A stretch of 64,000 nucleotides of DNA, taken from positions 3,808,001 through 3,872,000 of the forward strand of contig OZ245842.1 of assembly GCA_965228895.1 (NCBI GenBank), written 5' to 3'. The notes beneath the pieces are model-generated. The model made no database searches. It was not told the DNA's origin and saw only the letters and a list, made by a program, of their open reading frames with translations. The DNA is from Alphaproteobacteria bacterium (GTDB lineage: Bacteria > Pseudomonadota > Alphaproteobacteria > SP197). Positions 49,574-60,438 of this stretch are shown piece after piece. Each line of letters opens with the position of its first letter. Position 1 is the first letter of the stretch. Both the position numbers and the translations under genes were made by a program.

Positions 49574-50047
49574 CTACAAGGGCGATCCGTCCTTGCGCGT
49601 GAACTCGCCGCCCTTGGCGCGTTTCAGGATCTTCATGTCGATGTCGGAATAATGGCCATCGTCATCCGCGTCGCGCGTACCAATTTCCAGATAGACGACC
49701 GGCTCGTCGGTCTTGTTCACGAGATGGTGGCCGTTCGTCTCACCGGCCGGGAAACCCGCGCACAGTCCGGGCGTCAGTTGTGTCTCGCTGTCATCGGTAA
49801 CGAGCGTCGCTGTGCCGGAGAGTACATACACAAACTCGTCCTCGTGACTATGCCAATGACGCTGCGACGACCAGGCGCCCGGCGGCAGGGTCATGTAGTT
49901 GACGCCGAAATCGTTCAGGCCGAACACATCGCCCAGCACCTGGCGCTGACGTTCTCTGCACGGCTCGTCATAGGGCGCGGGATAACCGCTGCCGGTTTTG
50001 ACCGGCAATGTCGTGGCATCGACGGCAACGGGTTTCTTCTGAGGCAT
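49574..50047 (-). CDS. Cupin-domain protein
   Basis: 'LPPGAWSSQRHWHSHEDEFVYVL', 'FPAG..NGHHLVN'. Confidence 0.9.
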   Translation of the reverse strand: MPQKKPVAVDATTLPVKTGSGYPAPYDEPCRERQRQVLGDVFGLNDFGVNYMTLPPGAWSSQRHWHSHEDEFVYVLSGTATLVTDDSETQLTPGLCAGFPAGETNGHHLVNKTDEPVVYLEIGTRDADDDGHYSDIDMKILKRAKGGEFTRKDGSPL

Positions 50048-50066
50048 CGGGATCTCCTGACTGCTT

Positions 50067-50204
50067 GATCGGATCACGAATTGATTGTTCCGCCAAGCGG
50101 AGCAATCCATTCGTGTGAATCCGATCGACATCAAAAAGCTAGAGCAGATTCACCCAGTTAAATCTCATCGCGTAGCGATTCGATTGAAATGGGATCTGCT
50201 CTAG
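50067..50204. repeat. RIME/CIR-like two-hairpin repeat, inverted diverged copy
   Basis: CTAGAGCAGATTCACC...GGGATCTGCTCTAG (50139-50204), preceded by hairpin GATCGGATCACGAAT..CCGC-CAA-GCGG..ATTCGTGTGAATCCGATC. Confidence 0.8.
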
Positions 50205-50267
50205 GTTGGCGGCAGCCGGTGGATCACGATACCGCGCTTGCCAGGACTACTCAATCACTACAGGGAC

Positions 50268-51224
50268 TTAGGCTGCGTCGGCGCCATAGTAGAGCGTCAC
50301 CTTGTGGGTCGCTTCGGCGAAGAACAGCCAGCGCTCGAGCAAAACGCCCCCATAGCCGGATGCCACCGCCAGCAGGCAGGCGATGATGTCGGGAACCGGC
50401 GGCAGGATTAGCGAGAGCAGGACCAGGACAAACGGGACGGCATAGGCCAGCAGCACCGTCAGACGGCGCAGCTTGTCGGCGTGTTTGCGGGCGATCTGAA
50501 AGGCCATCTCGCGTTGCACGTAGTTGGGCGCGGTATGTGGCGGCTCCAGCGCGCGCACACGGCCGAATTTGCCAAGCCCGGTCGCGCTGCCGGCGCTGCT
50601 TTCCGGCGCCTTGCGGTCGAGCGACCGCCAGCCCTCGACGCGGACCAGTCCCGCCAGCAGCAGCGCAATCACGGTGATGACTTTGAAGACGTCGATAGCC
50701 GCCCACTCGCTGCCGGCCGCGGACACGATCAGCGTCAGGACCAACGTGCCGGTGGCAAGCGCGGCGCTCAGGAAAACCGCCGGCGTCCAGGCGGAGTGCC
50801 AGCGCGCGATGGTCTTCAGCGAACAGTAGATCATCGCCGTCGACCACAACGTCGCGACCGCCATCAGGGCCATGATCACGCCGACGACGCCCCACGGCCC
50901 GTTGACCGCGCCGTGGGCGAGCCAGCCATAGGCGAAGATGAGCGTCGGGATGAAGGTCAGAAGCGCCATCACGCCTTCGCGCGACAGCCAGGACGACCGC
51001 CACTGGGAAAGCGCGCGCCAGGCCCGTTCCGGGTGGCCGAGATGAAAAGTCGACGACACCAAACCGCCGACGACGAGCACCAGACCGACGCCCATGACAG
51101 CGATGCCCAGGCCCGGTGACGGCGCAATCAAACCGGCCGGCACGGCCAAGCCGGCCACAAACAACAAGCCGTAGCCGGCGCCGGAGAGCGTCGTGAAGAC
51201 GATGATGGAAAGCGCGGGATGCAT
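50268..51224 (-). CDS. soeC: Sulfite dehydrogenase membrane anchor (DmsC family)
   Basis: 'MHPALSIIVFTTLSGAGYG', 'HLGHPERAWRA..QWRSSWLSRE', 'ERWLFFAEA'. Confidence 0.88.
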   Translation of the reverse strand: MHPALSIIVFTTLSGAGYGLLFVAGLAVPAGLIAPSPGLGIAVMGVGLVLVVGGLVSSTFHLGHPERAWRALSQWRSSWLSREGVMALLTFIPTLIFAYGWLAHGAVNGPWGVVGVIMALMAVATLWSTAMIYCSLKTIARWHSAWTPAVFLSAALATGTLVLTLIVSAAGSEWAAIDVFKVITVIALLLAGLVRVEGWRSLDRKAPESSAGSATGLGKFGRVRALEPPHTAPNYVQREMAFQIARKHADKLRRLTVLLAYAVPFVLVLLSLILPPVPDIIACLLAVASGYGGVLLERWLFFAEATHKVTLYYGADAA

Positions 51225-51230
51225 ATGGCG

Positions 51231-51956
51231 TCAGGCCGAGAGCTTGCGATCGAGCCAGCCCAGGAAACCGCCGACGTCGGGTTCGGCTTCCAGAGCTTGC
51301 GGCGCGCCGGTCTCCTTGCGGGGGCGCGGCGGCAGGTACTTGTTGGTCGGCCGGCAGCCGGCTTCGGGCATCAGGTCGAAACCACCGCGCTCGGCGACCA
51401 GTTTCGAGACATCCGATCCGGGATCGGCGAGATCGCCGAAATGGCGGGCGCTCACCGGGCAGGCGGCGACGCAGGCCGGTTGCCGGTCGGCTTCGTCCAG
51501 ATGATCGTTGTAGATGCGATCGACACACAGGGTGCATTTCTTCATGACACCGTCGTCGACATCCATCTCGCGCGCGCCATAGGGACAGGCCCAGGCACAC
51601 AAACCACAACCGATGCAGCGGTCCTCGTCGACCAGCACGATGCCGTCCTCGACACGTTTATAGGATGCGCCGGTCGGGCAGACGGGAACGCATGGCGCGT
51701 CCGCGCAGTGCAGGCACGAGCGTGGGAAGTGCACGGTACGCCCTGACGCTCCCTCGCCGGCCTCAAACCCATGAATGCGGTTGAGCCACGACCCGCTTGC
51801 CGCCTGGCCATAGGGGTCCTGATCCGTCAGTGGTGCCGGATAGCCCGACGTGTTCCATTCCTTGCACGCGGTCGCGCATGCCTGACAGCCGACGCAGGTG
51901 TCGAGATCGATGACCAGGCCAAGCGCCTTGTCCGTCGCACCGGGCAGCGTCGTCAT
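51231..51956 (-). CDS. soeB: Sulfite dehydrogenase 4Fe-4S subunit
   Basis: 'LGLVIDLDTCVGCQACATACKEWN' and four Cys clusters. ATGA overlap with soeA. Confidence 0.9.
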   Translation of the reverse strand: MTTLPGATDKALGLVIDLDTCVGCQACATACKEWNTSGYPAPLTDQDPYGQAASGSWLNRIHGFEAGEGASGRTVHFPRSCLHCADAPCVPVCPTGASYKRVEDGIVLVDEDRCIGCGLCAWACPYGAREMDVDDGVMKKCTLCVDRIYNDHLDEADRQPACVAACPVSARHFGDLADPGSDVSKLVAERGGFDLMPEAGCRPTNKYLPPRPRKETGAPQALEAEPDVGGFLGWLDRKLSA

Positions 51957-54802
51957 GGCTTGGGCGCTCCGAAACGCAACACGCTCGGCCGGTCGAACTT
52001 GGTGATCGACTTCAGCGGCGCAAAGCGCGGCGCCGTCTCGCCCTGCTCGCTGACCGCCGCCTTGGTGATTTTGATCTTCAGGTCGTACCACGCCGCCTGA
52101 CCGGTCACCGGATCGGCGTTGGCGTAGCGATAGCCCGCCTCCTGCTCGGGCAACAGGTCATCGATCAGGTGGTTCAAGAGGAAACCCTGGTTGGCTTCGC
52201 GCGCATCGGGGTCAAGCGCCCACGCGCCAGCGCGCTTGCCGATGGCGTTCCAGGTCCACACCGTCTTCGGATTGACGCCCTCCATCACCTTGATCTGCGC
52301 CTTGATGCGCCCGTGGCGGCTTTCCGCCCATACCCAGTCGTGGTCGTCGAGGCCGAGATCGGCCGCGACCGCGGTGCCGACATAGAGTTTGTTCCAGCCA
52401 TGGATTTGGCGCAGCCACGCATTCTGCGATCCCCAGGCGTGATACATCGCCATCGGCCGCTGCGTCACCGCATGCAACGGATAGCCGTCGTCATCGTCTT
52501 CCAGGCCGGCATACCAGGTCGGCAACGGATCGAAGTACTCGGCAACGCGGGCTCGATGGGCATCGGTCGGCTGATGGGCACCATGCCCCTGGGCGGCCAA
52601 GCGGAACTTCTGCAGTTCCTCGCTATAGAGCTGCAGCGCGATCGGCGAACCGTCGTCGATCAGGCCAAGCTCAAGCGCCGCCTTCAGGTAACCGGCATTG
52701 GCGAACTTGTAGAAGCGGTGTTCGGGCTCGAACGGGTGGTGCCAGAAACAACCGTTCTCGACATAACGCTGAAGTTGATCGGGGTTGACCTCACCCTTGC
52801 CCACCTTGTCGCCGGCCTCACCGCGCCAGCCAGCCAGCGAGCCGACATTCGGCTTGCGCAGATGGTTGACGAGATAGTCGGCATAACCGCCGGGATAGCG
52901 CGGTCCGCCATTGGCCGTGATCAGGCCGGGAAGCTCGAGCCGCGCGCCGAGTTCGATCAACACGTCCTGGAACGGACGGACGTCGCGGTCGGGCTGCACC
53001 ACCGGCTGGCGGATCGCATCGGCCGGGCCGTCGGGATCGCTGATCGGCCGGTCCAGCAATGAGATACAATCCCAGCGCTCCAGATAGGTCGTGTCGGGGA
53101 AGATCAGGTCCGCATAGGCAACCATCTCCGACTGATAGGCATCCGCATAGATGATGTGCGGGATCGTGTAGTCGCCGGTCTCCGGATCCTTGTCCGTCAG
53201 CATCTCGATGGTGCCGGTCGTGTTCATGGCGGAGTTCCAGGCCATGTTCGCCATGAACATGAAGAGCGTGTCGATCTTGTAGGGATCGCCCTTCCACGCG
53301 TTGGTGATGACCGTGTGCATCATGCCGTGGATGGCGAGTGGTGCCTCCCACGAATACGCCTTGTCGATACGGACCGGCGTACCGTCGGCCTCGACCAACA
53401 GGTCTTCCGGCCCGCCAGGGAAACCCAGCGGCATACCCGGCATGGCTTCGCAGGCGACGATCTGATCCGGCTTGCCGGTCGGCTTCGACGGACACGGGAT
53501 ATGGCGCGGGAACGGCGGCTTGTACCGATGCCCACCCGGCGTATCGACGCTGCCCAACAGGATCTGCAGGATATGAATGGCGCGGCAGGTGTGGAAGCCG
53601 TTGGCGTGGGCGGAGATGCCGCGCATGGCGTGCATGCTGACCGGCCGCCCGACCATCGTCTCGTGACGCCGGCCGAAGCTGTCGGTCCACGGCTGGTCGA
53701 TGACCACTTCCTGTTCGAAGGCGGCGTGCGCCAGTTCGGCGGCGATGCGTTTGATCGTCGCGGCCTCCAGCCCCGTCTTCGCCGCAACCGTCTCGGCCGC
53801 ATACTCCGGTTCCAGACAGCGTCGCGCGATGAGTTCGAAGCTCGGCACCGCCTGGCGTCCGTCCGGCAAGGTGACCGCGCCTTTCAACGCGGGATGGCCA
53901 CCATCGACGTCATAGGCGCGCACCTGACCGTCGAACACCAGCGGCTTGCCGTTCGCGTCGCGCGCGAACAGGCCATTGTCGGCAGCGCCCTCATTGTCGA
54001 TGACCAGCCACGGCGCGTTGGTGTAGCGGCAGAGATAGTCGACATCGACCTTGCCGGCTTTCAACAGCTCCTGGATCAGCGCCATCACGAAAAGCCCGTC
54101 GGTGCCCGGCGTGATCCCCACCCATTCGTCGGCGATCGCCGAATAGCCGGTCCTCACCGGGTTGATCGAGACGACCTTGGCGCCGCGTCCCTTCAGCTTG
54201 CCGAGCCCGATCTTGAGCGGGTTGGAGCTGTGGTCCTCGGCAACGCCGAACAGCAGCATGTAGCGCGTGCGCTCCCAGTCTGGCTCGCCGAACTCCCAGA
54301 ACGAACCGCCGGTCGTATAGAGCCCGGCCGCGGCCATATTGACCGAGCAGAACCCGCCATGGGCGGCGTAGTTGGGCGTACCGAACTGGGATGCCCACCA
54401 GCCGGTCAGCGCCTGGCTCTGGTCGCGCCCGGTGAAGAAGGCGAGTTTCTTGGGGTCGTCGTCGCGGATCGGCTTGAGCCACGAATAGGCAAGATCCAGC
54501 GCCTCGTCCCAGGAGATCGGCTCGAACGCGTTCTCGCCCCGGGGGCCGACGCGCTTCATCGGTTGTGACAGCCTGGCCGGCGACTTGTGGTTCATGATGC
54601 CGGCGGCACCCTTGCCGCAGATCACGCCCTTGTTCACCGGGTGGTCGGGGTTGCCCTCGATATAGCTGACCTCGCTGTCCTTGAGATGCACCCGTATGCC
54701 GCAGCGGCAGGCGCACATGTAACAGGTCGTGCAGCGCACCTCGTCGCTCACCTCGGGCGAGGTATCGATAACGTGTCCGTTGCGGTCCGGTTGGGCGACC
54801 AT
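51953..54802 (-). CDS. soeA: Sulfite dehydrogenase molybdopterin subunit
   Basis: 'TTCYMCACRCGI', 'FFTGRDQSQ', 'AHGGFCSVNMA', 'HAMRGISAH', 'YHAWGSQNAWLRQI'. No Tat signal. Confidence 0.92.
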   Translation of the reverse strand: MVAQPDRNGHVIDTSPEVSDEVRCTTCYMCACRCGIRVHLKDSEVSYIEGNPDHPVNKGVICGKGAAGIMNHKSPARLSQPMKRVGPRGENAFEPISWDEALDLAYSWLKPIRDDDPKKLAFFTGRDQSQALTGWWASQFGTPNYAAHGGFCSVNMAAAGLYTTGGSFWEFGEPDWERTRYMLLFGVAEDHSSNPLKIGLGKLKGRGAKVVSINPVRTGYSAIADEWVGITPGTDGLFVMALIQELLKAGKVDVDYLCRYTNAPWLVIDNEGAADNGLFARDANGKPLVFDGQVRAYDVDGGHPALKGAVTLPDGRQAVPSFELIARRCLEPEYAAETVAAKTGLEAATIKRIAAELAHAAFEQEVVIDQPWTDSFGRRHETMVGRPVSMHAMRGISAHANGFHTCRAIHILQILLGSVDTPGGHRYKPPFPRHIPCPSKPTGKPDQIVACEAMPGMPLGFPGGPEDLLVEADGTPVRIDKAYSWEAPLAIHGMMHTVITNAWKGDPYKIDTLFMFMANMAWNSAMNTTGTIEMLTDKDPETGDYTIPHIIYADAYQSEMVAYADLIFPDTTYLERWDCISLLDRPISDPDGPADAIRQPVVQPDRDVRPFQDVLIELGARLELPGLITANGGPRYPGGYADYLVNHLRKPNVGSLAGWRGEAGDKVGKGEVNPDQLQRYVENGCFWHHPFEPEHRFYKFANAGYLKAALELGLIDDGSPIALQLYSEELQKFRLAAQGHGAHQPTDAHRARVAEYFDPLPTWYAGLEDDDDGYPLHAVTQRPMAMYHAWGSQNAWLRQIHGWNKLYVGTAVAADLGLDDHDWVWAESRHGRIKAQIKVMEGVNPKTVWTWNAIGKRAGAWALDPDAREANQGFLLNHLIDDLLPEQEAGYRYANADPVTGQAAWYDLKIKITKAAVSEQGETAPRFAPLKSITKFDRPSVLRFGAPKP

Positions 54803-54953
54803 GGTACTCCCGACAACAAGCCGCCCACGCGCGACAGGGTTTTCCCATCCCGCAGCGGCGGATTTCGGCGTTAACCTGCCGCGCGGCCCGCCCGCCCGCA
54901 AGACCCATTCGAAAAATCGACGCGGTGGTTCGGTGTTTCTCCGGCGACTGGCC

Positions 54954-56582
54954 TTATGCCCCGTACCAGCCGGCATTCGACGGCGGCAGCGGTTTGCGGC
55001 CCAGGATCATGTCGGCGGCTTTCTCGCCGATCATGATGGTCGGCGCGTTCAGGTTGCCGCTGGTAATCGACGGCATGATGGAGCTGTCGACAACACGCAG
55101 GCCCTCCACGCCGCGGACCCGGCATTCCGGGTCGACGACGGCCAAGGCGTCCGTGCCCATCTTGCAGGTGCCGCAGGGGTGATAGGCGCTCTCTGCGGTT
55201 TCGCGGATCAGCTGGTCGATGTCGGCATCGTTCTTGGCGCTCGCCCAAGGTGCCTGCTCGTCACCTCGGTAGGGATCGAACGCCTTCTGCGCGACGACGT
55301 CGCGGGCTTGCTGGACCGACGTTCTGAGATCGTCGAGGTCGCGGGGATCATCGAGGAAGTTGAAATCCATCAGCGGCGGCGCGCGGGGATCGTCAGACGC
55401 CAGACGCAGCCAGCCCCGGCTGTGTTCACGCAGCGTCCCGACACAGACGCAGAACCCGCCGGACGACGTGCTGGCGCCCCAGCCGTCCATCAAGAACGGA
55501 AAAAAGTGATACTGAATGTCCGGATGGGGCATCGAGGGATCGCTTCGGGTGAAGGCGCCGACCTCCACATGGGTCGTGGCGCACGGCCCCGAATGACTTA
55601 GGAACCATCGCAGGCCGACCAAGGTCTTGATTGGCTGGCGCGCGAAGCGGTTGGCCGACACTGCCATCGGCGCCGCCCACTGCAGATGAACTTCCAGATG
55701 ATCCTGCAGGTTGGCACCGACACCCGGCAGATCGTGGACGACATCGATGCCGTGTTCGCGCAGATGGTCGGCCGGGCCGATGCCCGACAGCATCAGAAGC
55801 TGCGGCGAGCCGAAGGCACCGGCGGTCACCAGCACCTCACGATCCGCCGTCGCGGTCGCGACTTTGTCGCCGACCGCATAGGATAGACCGGTCGTGCGCC
55901 GGCCTTCAGAGGTCAGGCCGAGCGCGGTGGCATGGGTCACGACGGTCAGATTGGGCCGGCCGCGCGCGGGTTTGAGATAGGCGTGGGCGGTACTGGCGCG
56001 CACGCCACGATCGATCGACCGATCGAGAACGCCGAAACCTTCCTGACGCCATCCGTTGGTATCGTCGGTGCGGTTGAAACCGGCCTCGGCGCCGGCCTCG
56101 ACGAACGCCCGATTGAGCGGTTGATCGATGCCGAAGGACATGGTCGAGACCGGCCCCTCACCGCCGCGCCACGAGTCCTCGCCGTTCGAGAATGACTCCA
56201 GTCGTTTGTAATAGGGCAGAACCTCGGCATAGGACCAACCGTCGGCGCCTCCCTCGGCCCAACGTTCGAAGTCGAGCGCATGGCCGCGCACAAACGCCAT
56301 GCCGTTGATCGCCGACGAACCGCCCAGCCCCTTGCCGCGCGGCTGATAGATACGCCGGCCGGCCAGGTTCTTCTGGGGCTCGGAATAGTAGGAATAATTG
56401 AAGGGACCGCCGGTGAAGTTCTCGCCATAGCCCGCCGGCATGCGCACCGACCAGTGATCGGCCTTGCCGCCTGCTTCCAGCAGCAGGACCGAGACCGCCG
56501 GATCTTCCGTAAGGCGCGCGGCCAGCACGCAACCGGCGGAACCGGCGCCGACGATGATGTAGTCGAAAACGTCGCTCACCAT
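54954..56582 (-). CDS. betA: Choline dehydrogenase-like GMC oxidoreductase
   Basis: 'DYIIVGAGSAG', 'RGKGLGGSSAING', 'NLQDHLE', 'AYHPCGTC', 'GNLNAPTIM'. Translationally coupled to betC (TGATG). Confidence 0.8.
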   Translation of the reverse strand: MVSDVFDYIIVGAGSAGCVLAARLTEDPAVSVLLLEAGGKADHWSVRMPAGYGENFTGGPFNYSYYSEPQKNLAGRRIYQPRGKGLGGSSAINGMAFVRGHALDFERWAEGGADGWSYAEVLPYYKRLESFSNGEDSWRGGEGPVSTMSFGIDQPLNRAFVEAGAEAGFNRTDDTNGWRQEGFGVLDRSIDRGVRASTAHAYLKPARGRPNLTVVTHATALGLTSEGRRTTGLSYAVGDKVATATADREVLVTAGAFGSPQLLMLSGIGPADHLREHGIDVVHDLPGVGANLQDHLEVHLQWAAPMAVSANRFARQPIKTLVGLRWFLSHSGPCATTHVEVGAFTRSDPSMPHPDIQYHFFPFLMDGWGASTSSGGFCVCVGTLREHSRGWLRLASDDPRAPPLMDFNFLDDPRDLDDLRTSVQQARDVVAQKAFDPYRGDEQAPWASAKNDADIDQLIRETAESAYHPCGTCKMGTDALAVVDPECRVRGVEGLRVVDSSIMPSITSGNLNAPTIMIGEKAADMILGRKPLPPSNAGWYGA

Positions 56583-58120
56583 CACGAGGGCTCGTGCTGC
56601 TGGTCGCTCCACTCCGTCGAATAGATGCCCTGCACGTCTTCGACCATGCGCACGTATTGGCGGCTGGCATCGCGCTTGGGCTGCCAGTCCCACGGGGTAC
56701 GATGACCGGTGTTGAGCGCGCGTGAGAGAAACAGCCTGACCTTCTGGCTTTCTTCGACGTCGGCCTTGAGGCGTTCGCGGTCCCATTGCTTCGCGACCTC
56801 GGCGGCAAGCTCGGCCTCGACCTCGGCCGTATCCGCCTGGCCGGCAAGGTTGGTCAGTTCATCGGGATCGGCCTGCATGTCAAAGAGGATCGGCGGATCG
56901 CCATCGCCCGAGATGTACTTCCAGCGGCCCCGGCGCACCATGAACATCGGCCCGGGCGTGCCTTCGCCGCAGTACTCGCTGAACGCGGTGTCGTGCCAGT
57001 CGCTTGTGTTGCCGGCCAAAAGGCCGTTCAGGCCGCCGCCATCGATCGGCGCCACCAGATCGGGCATCCGCCCGTCGCCCGCCCACTCAAGAAAAGTCGG
57101 AAACAGATCGATCAGCGAGGTGTTCTGGCTGACACGGCGCGCCTGAAACATCTTGGGCGCATAGACGATCATCGGCACGCGCGCGGACCACTCGAAAAAG
57201 CTCATCTTGAACCACAGGCCGCGCTCGCCGAGCATGTCGCCGTGGTCACCGGACAGCACAATGATCGTGTTGTCGGCAGCACCGATCGCCTCAAGCGTTT
57301 CCATTATGCGGCCGATGCGATCATCGAGCCAGGTCATGACGGCGTAGTAGGCACGCCGCGCGCGGCGGACGTCCTCCGGCGACACCGCCTCCATGTGCCG
57401 GCCGGTGATGGTGAAGAGGCGCCGGCTATGGGCGTCACGCTCGTCGAGATCCATGTCCGGCACCCTCGGATCGTCGATCTCGTTGTCCGTATACATGCCC
57501 CAATAGGCGTCGGGCGCCAGGTAGGGATCGTGCGGGCTGATGAACGAGGCCGTCAGGAAGAATGGCTTGTTATCGTGTCGGTCGGCGTGATCGTGCAGCC
57601 AGCGGCATGCCTCGACCGTGACCTCCTCGTCATAGTCGATGTTGACGCTGCGCCGCCACGGACCGGCGTCCAGCACGGCGCGCATGCTGTGATACCAGGG
57701 CACCCAAACGTCCGACCCGATCGACCAGTCGGTGGTCCACGAGAAGTCGGCGGGATAGACGTCGGTCGTCACCCGTTCCTCGAACCCGTGCAGCTGATCG
57801 GCGCCGACAAAGTGCATCTTGCCCGACAGGCAGGTCGCGTAACCCATGTCGCGCAGATAGTGCGCGAAGGTCGGCACCGATGAGGCAAATTCGCTGGCGT
57901 TGTCATAGGCGCCGATCCGGCTGGGCAACCGGCTTGCCATGAACGAGAACCTGGCGGGCGCGCAAATCGGATAGTTGGTGTAGGCGCTCTCGAAGACGAC
58001 ACCGTCTTCCGCCAGCCGATCGATATGGGGCGTACGGCAGACCTTGCCGCCATAGGCCTTCAGGACCTGCGGCGCGAGCTGGTCGGCCATCAGATAGAGA
58101 ATGCTGGGTCGTTGCGTCAT
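56582..58120 (-). CDS. betC: Choline-sulfatase
   Basis: 'MADQL', formylglycine motif 'CAPAR', 'SGKMHFVG.DQLHGFEER.TTDVYPADF'. Confidence 0.88.
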   Translation of the reverse strand: MTQRPSILYLMADQLAPQVLKAYGGKVCRTPHIDRLAEDGVVFESAYTNYPICAPARFSFMASRLPSRIGAYDNASEFASSVPTFAHYLRDMGYATCLSGKMHFVGADQLHGFEERVTTDVYPADFSWTTDWSIGSDVWVPWYHSMRAVLDAGPWRRSVNIDYDEEVTVEACRWLHDHADRHDNKPFFLTASFISPHDPYLAPDAYWGMYTDNEIDDPRVPDMDLDERDAHSRRLFTITGRHMEAVSPEDVRRARRAYYAVMTWLDDRIGRIMETLEAIGAADNTIIVLSGDHGDMLGERGLWFKMSFFEWSARVPMIVYAPKMFQARRVSQNTSLIDLFPTFLEWAGDGRMPDLVAPIDGGGLNGLLAGNTSDWHDTAFSEYCGEGTPGPMFMVRRGRWKYISGDGDPPILFDMQADPDELTNLAGQADTAEVEAELAAEVAKQWDRERLKADVEESQKVRLFLSRALNTGHRTPWDWQPKRDASRQYVRMVEDVQGIYSTEWSDQQHEPS

Positions 58121-58200
58121 GCCGTCTCCCTAGCGCACGTAGCGTCTGGCACGACGCCGTATGCGCAGACTAGACTAGGCTACATGATCGGGAAATCATC

Positions 58201-59490
58201 ATGACTCTGCCGGACAGTCTCTGGACCGCAAGCGCCGTCGACGCCATCGCCACACCCGCCCTTAGCGGCCAGCACGGCGCCGATGTCGTCATCGTCGGCG
58301 GCGGTTTCACCGGCCTTTCAACGGCCCTGCATCTGGCCGAAGCCGGCAAGTCGGTGATTGTCCTGGAGGCCAGTGAGCCGGGCTGGGGCGCGTCCGGCCG
58401 CAACGGCGGTCAGGTCAACCCCGGCTGGCGCATGCTGCCATCGGAAATCACTGAAAAGTACGGCAGCAACCGCGCGCCGGCCGTGCTCGACATGCTGAAC
58501 CGGGCCTGTGACCTGACGTTCGATCTGATCGACCGGCACGGCTTGGACTGCGATGCCGAACGGCCGGGTTTCGTGCACGCGGGCTTCGGCCGTTTCGGCC
58601 AGATGTTTCTGGATAGTTGGATCGCCGAATGGGGCGAACTCGGCGTCACTGTCGAGCGTCTCGATAGCGCCGGCTTGAAACGCCTGATCGGCACCGACTT
58701 CTACCACCTCGGCATGCGCGACCCGCGCGGCGGCCACCTGCAGCCCCTGTCCTACGCACGTGAACTGGCGCGCGTGGCTGCGGCCAAGGGCGCCCGCGTT
58801 CACGGCAACTCACGCGTCACATCGATCCATGAGCAAGGCGCCGGCTGGCGCGTTGTCACGTCAGGCGGCGAGGTTGAGGCCGAACACGTCATCCTGTGCA
58901 CCAACGGCTATACGGACGGCGCCTGGCCCGGGCTCGCCAAGACTGTCGTGCCGATCACCACATTCATCGCCGCCAGCGAACCGCTGGATGCGGCCAGGCT
59001 CGAGACGATCCTGCCCGGGCGTCACGCGGTCGCCGAGACACGGCGCGCGCTCCACTATTTCAAACTGGATCGCGACAACCGTTTTGTCATCGGCGGGCGC
59101 GGCAACTTCACCAATCTGAACGAGCCCGGCTCCGTCGAGCATCTCAAGGCCACGGCACTGGAGATCTTCCCGGCCCTGGAAGGCATTGGCTGGTCCTATC
59201 GCTGGGGCGGCCAGGTCGCTGTCACGCCGGACCACACACCGCGCCTTTTCAAGCTCGCGACGAACGTTCACGCCGGCATGGGTTTCAACGGTCGCGGTGT
59301 CGCCATGGGTTCGATGTTCGGCACCCAGTTGACCCGGGTCGTCCTGGGCGAAGAGCCCGACATGCCGGTTGAGCCGATCGACATCATTCCCAACCACGCA
59401 TTCCGCCAGTTCGGCATCACCTGGTTCCTCGCAACCGGCCGCTTGCTAGACCGGCGCGACATCCGCGAAGACCCAGCAGCTTTCGTTTAG
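58201..59490 (+). CDS. FAD-dependent oxidoreductase (DAO/PuuB-like)
   Basis: 'VGGGFTGLSTA', 'GASGRNGG', 'CTNGY', 'GFNGRGVA'. Confidence 0.9.
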   Translation: MTLPDSLWTASAVDAIATPALSGQHGADVVIVGGGFTGLSTALHLAEAGKSVIVLEASEPGWGASGRNGGQVNPGWRMLPSEITEKYGSNRAPAVLDMLNRACDLTFDLIDRHGLDCDAERPGFVHAGFGRFGQMFLDSWIAEWGELGVTVERLDSAGLKRLIGTDFYHLGMRDPRGGHLQPLSYARELARVAAAKGARVHGNSRVTSIHEQGAGWRVVTSGGEVEAEHVILCTNGYTDGAWPGLAKTVVPITTFIAASEPLDAARLETILPGRHAVAETRRALHYFKLDRDNRFVIGGRGNFTNLNEPGSVEHLKATALEIFPALEGIGWSYRWGGQVAVTPDHTPRLFKLATNVHAGMGFNGRGVAMGSMFGTQLTRVVLGEEPDMPVEPIDIIPNHAFRQFGITWFLATGRLLDRRDIREDPAAFV

Positions 59491-59502
59491 AGCAAATCGG
59501 AT

Positions 59503-60438
59503 CTAGACGGCCAGCTCGTCTTCGGGCGGATGCAGGGTCTCCTCGGCCATCCGGAAGACCCAGTCGTGGAACGCCGCGATCGCTGGACGCTCGAGCGCCT
59601 CGGGCAGACAGACGAAAAAGACGCGTGTATCCAGCGGCACGGTCAGATCGAAAGGCGCGACGAGGGCGCCGGACTTCAGGTCATCGGCAACCAGGCTTCG
59701 CGTCGTCAAGGCGACGCCCCGGCCCAGCACCGCTGCCGCCAAGGCCATCGTCGCGATATCAAAGACCGGCCCCTTCGATGCATCGATGTCGGTAACGCCG
59801 ACGGCGCGCAACCACATGTCCCAATCCGGCGCGGTGCCGACATAACCCCAGCTCTGGTCGTGCAACAGCGTGTGATGGACCAGATCCTCGGGGCATCGCA
59901 AGGGATGTTCACCTTCCAACAGGGCCGGACTGCACACCGCCGTCATGCCTTCGGCCATCAAAGGCTCGACGTAGAGCCCGGGATAATCGCCGGTGCCATA
60001 GCGCAGGCTGACATCAGCTTCGTAACTTTCCAGATCGACGATATGTGGCGTCGTCGACATATGGACCTCGATCTCCGGGTGCTGCTCCTGAAAGTCTTGA
60101 ATACGCGGCAATAGCCAGCGCGCCGCGAAGGTCGGCGATGCCGTAATGACCAACCGCATTTCGTTGTCCAGTGTCGACAGGCGCCGGACCGAGCGTTCGA
60201 GGATCAAAAGGCCGTCTCTCAGGCCCGGCAGCAACAGGATGCCCGCGGGACTTAGCTCAAGCTCCCGGTGGTGACGAATGAAGAGCTCGTGGCCAAGCCG
60301 GTCCTCCAGCGTCCGGATCTGGTGGCTTATGGCCGCCGGCGTGACATTCAACTCAAGCGCGGCCTCCTTGAAGCTCAGCAGGCGGCCAGCCGCCTCGAAA
60401 GCGCGCAAGCCGTTCAAGGGCAGGGTTGAGATCGACAT
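59503..60438 (-). CDS. LysR-family regulator (GcvA-like)
   Basis: 'LNGLRAFEAAGRLLSFKEAALELNVTPAAISHQIR', 'RWLLPR', 'LLHD'. Confidence 0.92.
   Translation of the reverse strand: MSISTLPLNGLRAFEAAGRLLSFKEAALELNVTPAAISHQIRTLEDRLGHELFIRHHRELELSPAGILLLPGLRDGLLILERSVRRLSTLDNEMRLVITASPTFAARWLLPRIQDFQEQHPEIEVHMSTTPHIVDLESYEADVSLRYGTGDYPGLYVEPLMAEGMTAVCSPALLEGEHPLRCPEDLVHHTLLHDQSWGYVGTAPDWDMWLRAVGVTDIDASKGPVFDIATMALAAAVLGRGVALTTRSLVADDLKSGALVAPFDLTVPLDTRVFFVCLPEALERPAIAAFHDWVFRMAEETLHPPEDELAV

Noticed and set aside
48974-50134. ORF 48974-49225 and the N-terminal extension of the cupin ORF (50048-50134)
   Set aside because: Both run through repeat-element sequence and are artefacts of it.
36031-50204. 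Palindromic repeats as a possible CRISPR array
   Set aside because: Copies are dispersed singly, there is no repeat-spacer periodicity, and no cas genes are present.
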